64,000 nucleotides of DNA from Dehalococcoidia bacterium. Its GTDB lineage: Bacteria; Chloroflexota; Dehalococcoidia; Bin125. The DNA lies in NCBI GenBank assembly GCA_963555985.3, contig OY820591.1, positions 1,088,001-1,152,000 of the forward strand, in the 5' to 3' direction. Shown here piece by piece: positions 58,936 to 64,000 of the stretch. A program made the translations under genes and the position numbers. The notes under the pieces were generated by a model. The model saw only the letters and a list, made by a program, of their open reading frames with translations, did no database searches and was not told where the DNA came from. Every line of letters begins with the position of its first letter. The first letter of the stretch is position 1.

Positions 58936-59054
58936 TTGATTGGGCTTCAAAGCTGATCTCAAGCGAGCGCGTGCCTATGCTGCATAACGTGCGCGCGCCT
59001 GTACACCAGATAGGGAGCGCGCGGTCATGAAAGTCAGGCGGTTCGGGCTACGCG

Positions 59055-60773
59055 ATGAGTTTTTTTCGCCGCTTCAGGTTCCGCGACGCTTACACGTTCG
59101 CCGTCATCATCATTCTGACCGCGTTTGCGATTGCCGCCTCATGGCCCGGCAATCCTGATCGGTACCTGCCCAATTTCATTCCTTGGCCAGAGGGCGGAGG
59201 AGTGCAGGTGGGCGACTGGACGCGAGATGAGTTTCGGCTTGGCCTGGATCTTGCGGGGGGCGTATCGATCACGCTCGAGGTCTCGGGTGAGGCCGCGCCT
59301 GTGCGGCGCGGCGAATCGCTGAGTCAGTTTCTTGAGCGCGAAGGGGCTGAGCTGGCGACTGTGCTCGAACTGAACCCCGCTCTCTCCGAGCTAGACGAGG
59401 AAGTCTACGACCTTCCGCTGCCCGAGGAGATTGGCGAGATCATCCTGCCCTTGGACGTGTCCGGCGCTGACCTGGAGGAAGCGGTCGAAGAATCACGACG
59501 AGTGATCGAGGAGCGCGTCAACGGATTCGGCATCTCTGAGGCGGAAGTGACGGTTGTCGGAGCGGATCGGATCAATGCGCAGATTCCTGGCGTGAACGCG
59601 GACGAGGCGTCCGATCTGGTGGGTTCGACGGCGCTGCTCGAGTTTCGGCAGATTGATCCGGCACAGCCGCAGCCGTCGGCTCCGGTGAATCAATTGGACA
59701 TTCAGGACGCGCTTGATGATGTCTGGGACGCGACCCTCCCGGATGATGAGCGATTCGTCAAGCGCGGCGCGCCCTACTTCATTCCACCCCCGGATGAGGA
59801 TGTGATCGTCGCTGACGGCGTGCGCTGGATTCCGGCGACTGGGATCAACCAGCAAGGAGAAACCGTGCAGTTGACCGGTCGGCATCTGATTGCCGACTCG
59901 ATCGCGCGGACGCTCGACAACGCCGGCGATCCGGCGCTCGCGTTCGAGTTTGAGGACGAGGGCGCGCGGTTGATGGAGCAGATCACGCGGCGGTTGTTCG
60001 AGACTCGCGGCCTGCTCGGGATCTTCGTCGACGGGCAGCTGATCAGTAGCCCTGCGGTCAATGCAGTGATCTCGGACAGCGGGATCATCAACGGGCTGTC
60101 CGAAGAGGACGCGATCACGCTCCGTCGCCAGCTTCGCGCCGGCGCCTTGCCGATCAATCTGCGGGTGTTGCAGAGCACTGAGGTCGCGGCGACGCTTGGC
60201 GAAGATTCGGTGATTGACACGGTGCAGGCCGGAGTGGTCGCGTTCGTGGCGATCGTGTTGTTCATGATGGTGTACTACCGAGTGCCGGGTGTGGTTGCGG
60301 CGCTCGCGCTGATCGTCTACGCGGCCGGCGTGATGGCGACCTTCAAGCTGGTGCCGATCACGCTGACGCTGGCTGGTGTGGCGGGATTGGTGCTTTCGAT
60401 CGGGTTTGCGGTGGACGGGAACGTGCTGATTTTCGAGCGGCTGAAGGAGGAGTTGCGGCTTGGACGCAGCCTGAACGGAGCGATTGAGACCGCCTGGGCG
60501 CGCGCCTGGCCCGCAATTCGGGACGGCAACGTTTCGACGATCATCACGGTGGCGATCCTCTGGCTGTTCGCGGATGCTCTAAATCAGAATCTGATCAAGT
60601 CGTTCGCGCTGGCGTTGCTCGTTGGGACAGGGTTCAGCTTCGTCACGGTGATCTTCGTCACACGGAACTTCCTCACCATCGCCGTGAGCACTGGACTGAT
60701 CCGAGGTCTCGCGCCCTTCGGAGTGCGTGAGCTGACGCTTGGCGCCCGTTCTGCGGGAGGTGCGCGATCATGA
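59055..60773 (+). CDS. secD: Protein translocase subunit SecD
   Basis: LGLDLAGG, RVNGFGISE, LRAGALP, AVDGNVLIFERLKEE. Confidence 0.95.
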   Translation: MSFFRRFRFRDAYTFAVIIILTAFAIAASWPGNPDRYLPNFIPWPEGGGVQVGDWTRDEFRLGLDLAGGVSITLEVSGEAAPVRRGESLSQFLEREGAELATVLELNPALSELDEEVYDLPLPEEIGEIILPLDVSGADLEEAVEESRRVIEERVNGFGISEAEVTVVGADRINAQIPGVNADEASDLVGSTALLEFRQIDPAQPQPSAPVNQLDIQDALDDVWDATLPDDERFVKRGAPYFIPPPDEDVIVADGVRWIPATGINQQGETVQLTGRHLIADSIARTLDNAGDPALAFEFEDEGARLMEQITRRLFETRGLLGIFVDGQLISSPAVNAVISDSGIINGLSEEDAITLRRQLRAGALPINLRVLQSTEVAATLGEDSVIDTVQAGVVAFVAIVLFMMVYYRVPGVVAALALIVYAAGVMATFKLVPITLTLAGVAGLVLSIGFAVDGNVLIFERLKEELRLGRSLNGAIETAWARAWPAIRDGNVSTIITVAILWLFADALNQNLIKSFALALLVGTGFSFVTVIFVTRNFLTIAVSTGLIRGLAPFGVRELTLGARSAGGARS

Positions 60774-61969
60774 TCGACTTCGTGGGTCGCCGGCGTTTCT
60801 ATGCAGCTTTGTCGCTGATTCTGCTGATTCCCTCGCTGATCGCGTTGGGGCTGTGGCAGTTCGAGGCCGGGCTCGATTTTGCCGGCGGGCTTGAGTCTGA
60901 GGTTCGTTTCCTCGCCGACGCCGATGTCGAGGACATTCGCTCGGCCGTCGATCAGGCAGAGCCGCCCGAGGGCGTGGAGTTTGCGGTGAGTGCAGGCGAG
61001 AACGGGTTGTTCGTCGTTGAAGCGGCGCTCGACAGTGACTCTCCCGACTTGGCATCAGAGGCGGGGAATGTGGTGCGGGCGGCGCTCTCCGAACAGTTCG
61101 GTGAGTATCGGGAAACTGACTGGGTGACCGCTGCGGAGGAGTTCCGGGCGGAGTTCTGGCTTCCGGGGGCAGCGAGCCAGGACGAGGTGCGGGCGGCGCT
61201 GGAGACAGTCGACCTCGGCGGCGCGCGGATCCAACAGACCGCTGACGCTGCGTTCCGGATTCGGGTGGAACAACCGGGAGACGGAGATCTTGAGCGTCTG
61301 CGGCAGCGGATCAACGACTCGTTGCGCAGCGAGATTGGGCCGATTGCGGTGTTGCAGAGCTCGTCGGTGTCGGGCGTGCTGTCTGTGGAGATCGCGCGTG
61401 ATGCCGGGGTTGCGCTTGCGGTCGCGGCGGCGGCGATTTTGATCTACATCTCGCTCGCGTTCCGGCGGCTGCCGAATCCGGTGCTCTACGGGTCGGCCGC
61501 GATTGTGGCGCTGATACACGATGTCGCGATTGTTGCAGGGATCTTTGCGATCGGCGGGCGTTTCGCGGACCTCGAAGTGAACGCCATGTTCGTGACGGCT
61601 CTGCTGGCGATCATCGGATACAGCGTCAACGACACGATCGTGGTCTTCGACCGGATCCGCGAGAATCTGCTGCTTGACCCGCGCGAGGATTTTCGGCGGG
61701 TGATCAATGCGGCGATTACGCAGTCGCTGGGGCGTTCGTTGAATACGTCGATCACGGTGGTGTTGGCGCTGTTGGCGCTCTTGTTGATTGGCGGCGTGAC
61801 GGTGCGGCCGTTTGTGATTGTGCTCTTTATCGGGACAGTTGCGGGGACGTATTCGTCAATCGCGGTCGCGAGCCAGATTGTCTTCCTGTGGCAGGATGGG
61901 ACGCTGCCTCGGTTGCTGCGATTGAGCGGTGAGCGGCGTGAAGTGCGGCGAGTGGCTCGGCGGGCCTGA
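60770..61969 (+). CDS. secF: Protein translocase subunit SecF
   Basis: GLDFAGG, ALIHDV, GYSVNDTIVVFDRIRE, GTYSSI. Confidence 0.95.
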   Translation: MIDFVGRRRFYAALSLILLIPSLIALGLWQFEAGLDFAGGLESEVRFLADADVEDIRSAVDQAEPPEGVEFAVSAGENGLFVVEAALDSDSPDLASEAGNVVRAALSEQFGEYRETDWVTAAEEFRAEFWLPGAASQDEVRAALETVDLGGARIQQTADAAFRIRVEQPGDGDLERLRQRINDSLRSEIGPIAVLQSSSVSGVLSVEIARDAGVALAVAAAAILIYISLAFRRLPNPVLYGSAAIVALIHDVAIVAGIFAIGGRFADLEVNAMFVTALLAIIGYSVNDTIVVFDRIRENLLLDPREDFRRVINAAITQSLGRSLNTSITVVLALLALLLIGGVTVRPFVIVLFIGTVAGTYSSIAVASQIVFLWQDGTLPRLLRLSGERREVRRVARRA

Positions 61970-61970
61970 T

Positions 61971-63839
61971 TTAGCCGCTGCGCAAGATGCGCGCGTCTCC
62001 GATGCGACGGGTGATTCGCTCTTGATCCATGCGTTCGAGGAAGGCTTGGGCGACTTTTCGGCTGGTACCGAGGCGATCGCGGACGTCGGCCAGGGTCGCG
62101 CGCTCCTGCGATTCGATCAGGGCGACGGTCTTGGTCAGCATGTCCTGGTAGACCTCGTGGGCGAGTGTGACGCCGTCTTTGAGGCGGACGATTTCGCGGC
62201 GGGCTTCGAGGTATTCGAGTAGCGCCGGATCGAGTGAGTGATCGACCTCAGGGCGCACGCCCTGCTCCCGCAAGCGCGCGAGCAGGGCTGCGACGATCTG
62301 CTGCTGCGCCTTGGATAACGCCGCCTCGCGTCCGGGGAGATCGAGCGCTCCGTCTGTCAGCGTGAGTTGATCCGACTCGATCAGCTGACGTTCGAGGAAG
62401 GTGAAAGCGCGTTGGGAGAGCCGCAGACGACTGCGGAGGTCTTCTCTGGGCAGGCCGGCGCGTAGCGGGCGTTCCCTTACATAATCGGAAACCAACGTCA
62501 GCGTGCGGGCGCTCAGTGCGTTTAATCCGGCTTCGCTGATCAATTCCGTCGCGGCTGCGAATGCGGAATCGTCGAGCGCGACGACGGCTCCGCTCGAGAG
62601 TTGGCGCTCGATTGCGGATTCAGCCTCTGCGGGCGCGAGTTCGCTGCGCGTCAGAAGTTCCGACCAGCGGACCGGTTCGAGGCGTTGGATCAGGGTGAGG
62701 AGGGTGTCGTCCGGCGATCCTTCGAGCAGCCGCCGGAGCGCCTCAAGCGTGGATGCGTCGTTGCGGTGATGGCGGCGGGGACGGGTGTCGACGACTCTGC
62801 CGCCGGCGACGGTCGCTTCGCCTGAGCGGAGGACGAAGTGGTCGCCGCGTGCGACGGCGATGGGTTCCTCCAGGCGCAGTTGCGCCCAGGTGCTCCGGCC
62901 CGGTTCGAGTTCGTCGCCTTCCAGCAGCCGGACTCGAGCCTGGACTTCGGCTGCGCCGACATGCAAGGTTCTGGTGGCGTTGTGTGGGAGCGCCTTTGCG
63001 GCTCTTGGGACGGTGCGGAGGCGAACGTCGATTGCGTGCGTGGGCGAGAGCCAGCCAGGGGATGAGAGCACCATTCCGCGTTCGAGTTCGTTCGCAGAGA
63101 CGCCGCTGAGGTTGACGGCGGTGCGGGCACCGGGCGGCGCTTCGTCAAGCGACTGTTCGTGGCTCTGCAAGCCGCGGACGCGGGCGGGTGCGGCGCCGGG
63201 TTCGATGACCACGGAATCGCCTACTCGCAGCGGGCCGTCGAGCAGCGTTCCGGTGACGATCGTGCCAAAGCCGCTGATCGAGAAGGCGCGGTCAATTGGC
63301 AGGCGGGGGCGTCCCTGATCGCGAATGGGCGGCAGGTGTTCGAGGACGGAGTCCAGGAGGGCGCGCAGTTCGGCCATGCCTGCGCCGGTATGCGCAGAGC
63401 AGGGCGCGATCGTCGCGCCTTCCAAAGTGGTGCCAGTGAGGAGCTCGGCGACCTCTTCCTGCACCAGTTCCAGCCACTCCTCATCTACGAGATCGACTTT
63501 GGTGAGCGCTACTACTCCGCGATCGACATCGAGCAGATCGAGGATGTCCAGATGCTCGCGGGTCTGAGGCATGACACCCTCGTCGGCGGCGACTACGAGC
63601 AGTGCGAGATTGATGCCACCCACACCCGCGAGCATGTTTTTGATGAAGCGTTCGTGGCCGGGAACATCAACGATGCTGACCTCTCTGCCGGAGGGGAGCT
63701 GCGCCCAGGCGAAGCCGAGGTCAATCGTCAGTCCGCGCGCCTTCTCTTCAGCCCAGCGGTCGGGATCGATGCCGCTGAGCGCCTGGACGAGGGCGCTTTT
63801 GCCGTGGTCGACGTGTCCCGCCGTGCCGATGACGTACAC
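61971..63839 (-). CDS. selB: Selenocysteine-specific elongation factor
   Basis: GTAGHVDHGKS, EEKARGLTIDLGFA, DVPGHERF, C-terminal winged-helix GTSRK. Confidence 0.95.
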   Translation of the reverse strand: MYVIGTAGHVDHGKSALVQALSGIDPDRWAEEKARGLTIDLGFAWAQLPSGREVSIVDVPGHERFIKNMLAGVGGINLALLVVAADEGVMPQTREHLDILDLLDVDRGVVALTKVDLVDEEWLELVQEEVAELLTGTTLEGATIAPCSAHTGAGMAELRALLDSVLEHLPPIRDQGRPRLPIDRAFSISGFGTIVTGTLLDGPLRVGDSVVIEPGAAPARVRGLQSHEQSLDEAPPGARTAVNLSGVSANELERGMVLSSPGWLSPTHAIDVRLRTVPRAAKALPHNATRTLHVGAAEVQARVRLLEGDELEPGRSTWAQLRLEEPIAVARGDHFVLRSGEATVAGGRVVDTRPRRHHRNDASTLEALRRLLEGSPDDTLLTLIQRLEPVRWSELLTRSELAPAEAESAIERQLSSGAVVALDDSAFAAATELISEAGLNALSARTLTLVSDYVRERPLRAGLPREDLRSRLRLSQRAFTFLERQLIESDQLTLTDGALDLPGREAALSKAQQQIVAALLARLREQGVRPEVDHSLDPALLEYLEARREIVRLKDGVTLAHEVYQDMLTKTVALIESQERATLADVRDRLGTSRKVAQAFLERMDQERITRRIGDARILRSG

Positions 63840-63888
63840 CGCTGTAGCCTGACCTCTCGAATCCCGAACCGAGCTGAGGATATTGGCG

Positions 63889-64000
63889 ATGAAGGCAATC
63901 GTGGTTGATCCGCCCGGCAAGACGGCAGACTCTCTGCGTCTGGCGGAGGTTCCTGATCCTGTGCCGGGGGACGAAGAGGTGTTGCTGCGCGTACATGCGA
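63889..64000 (+). CDS. MDR-family (quinone oxidoreductase/zinc ADH-like) protein, partial at window edge
   Basis: MKAIVVDPPG...LRLAEVPDPVPGDEEVLLRVHA; GAGGA RBS. Confidence 0.75.
   Translation, partial: MKAIVVDPPGKTADSLRLAEVPDPVPGDEEVLLRVHA

Overview
High-GC bacterial chromosome segment, most likely Chloroflexota/Dehalococcoidia-like and possibly a sponge-associated lineage. This is an inference from gene content: paralogous P450s, LLM oxidoreductase, CMD proteins, CoA-transferase and an FN3 protein. The left end has a tRNA-Arg(UCU) bordering an accessory region (DUF3800-type gene, truncated antitoxin-like gene). A large aromatic amino-acid cluster follows (tyrA-aroA-gmk-trpE-[Nudix/CMD, CMD]-trpG-D-C-F-B-[CPBP protease]-trpA-aroH-aroF), with two candidate leader peptides. 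Next come housekeeping genes (coaD, rsmD, greA, lysS, priA), three tandem cytochrome P450s interrupted by a Panacea/SocA-type toxin-antitoxin pair, and a small defence-like island (type IIG-like R-M fusion, DUF6978/DUF1828-like pair, orphan copy of the R-M 3' end). The right part holds two clan-AA aspartic proteases and tyrS, ribF, leuS, purE, def, a tRNA nucleotidyltransferase, yajC-secD-secF and selB. The most notable unexplained structure is three dispersed intergenic elements sharing TGTCAC, a LexA-like GAAC-N4-GTMC box and 10-bp-periodic tracts. These and REP-like palindromes are all oriented with a G/C-skew switch at about 20-30 kb. SecD also carries a LysM-like insertion and SecF a duplicated extracytoplasmic module. 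All calls are by eye from motifs; no database searches were run.
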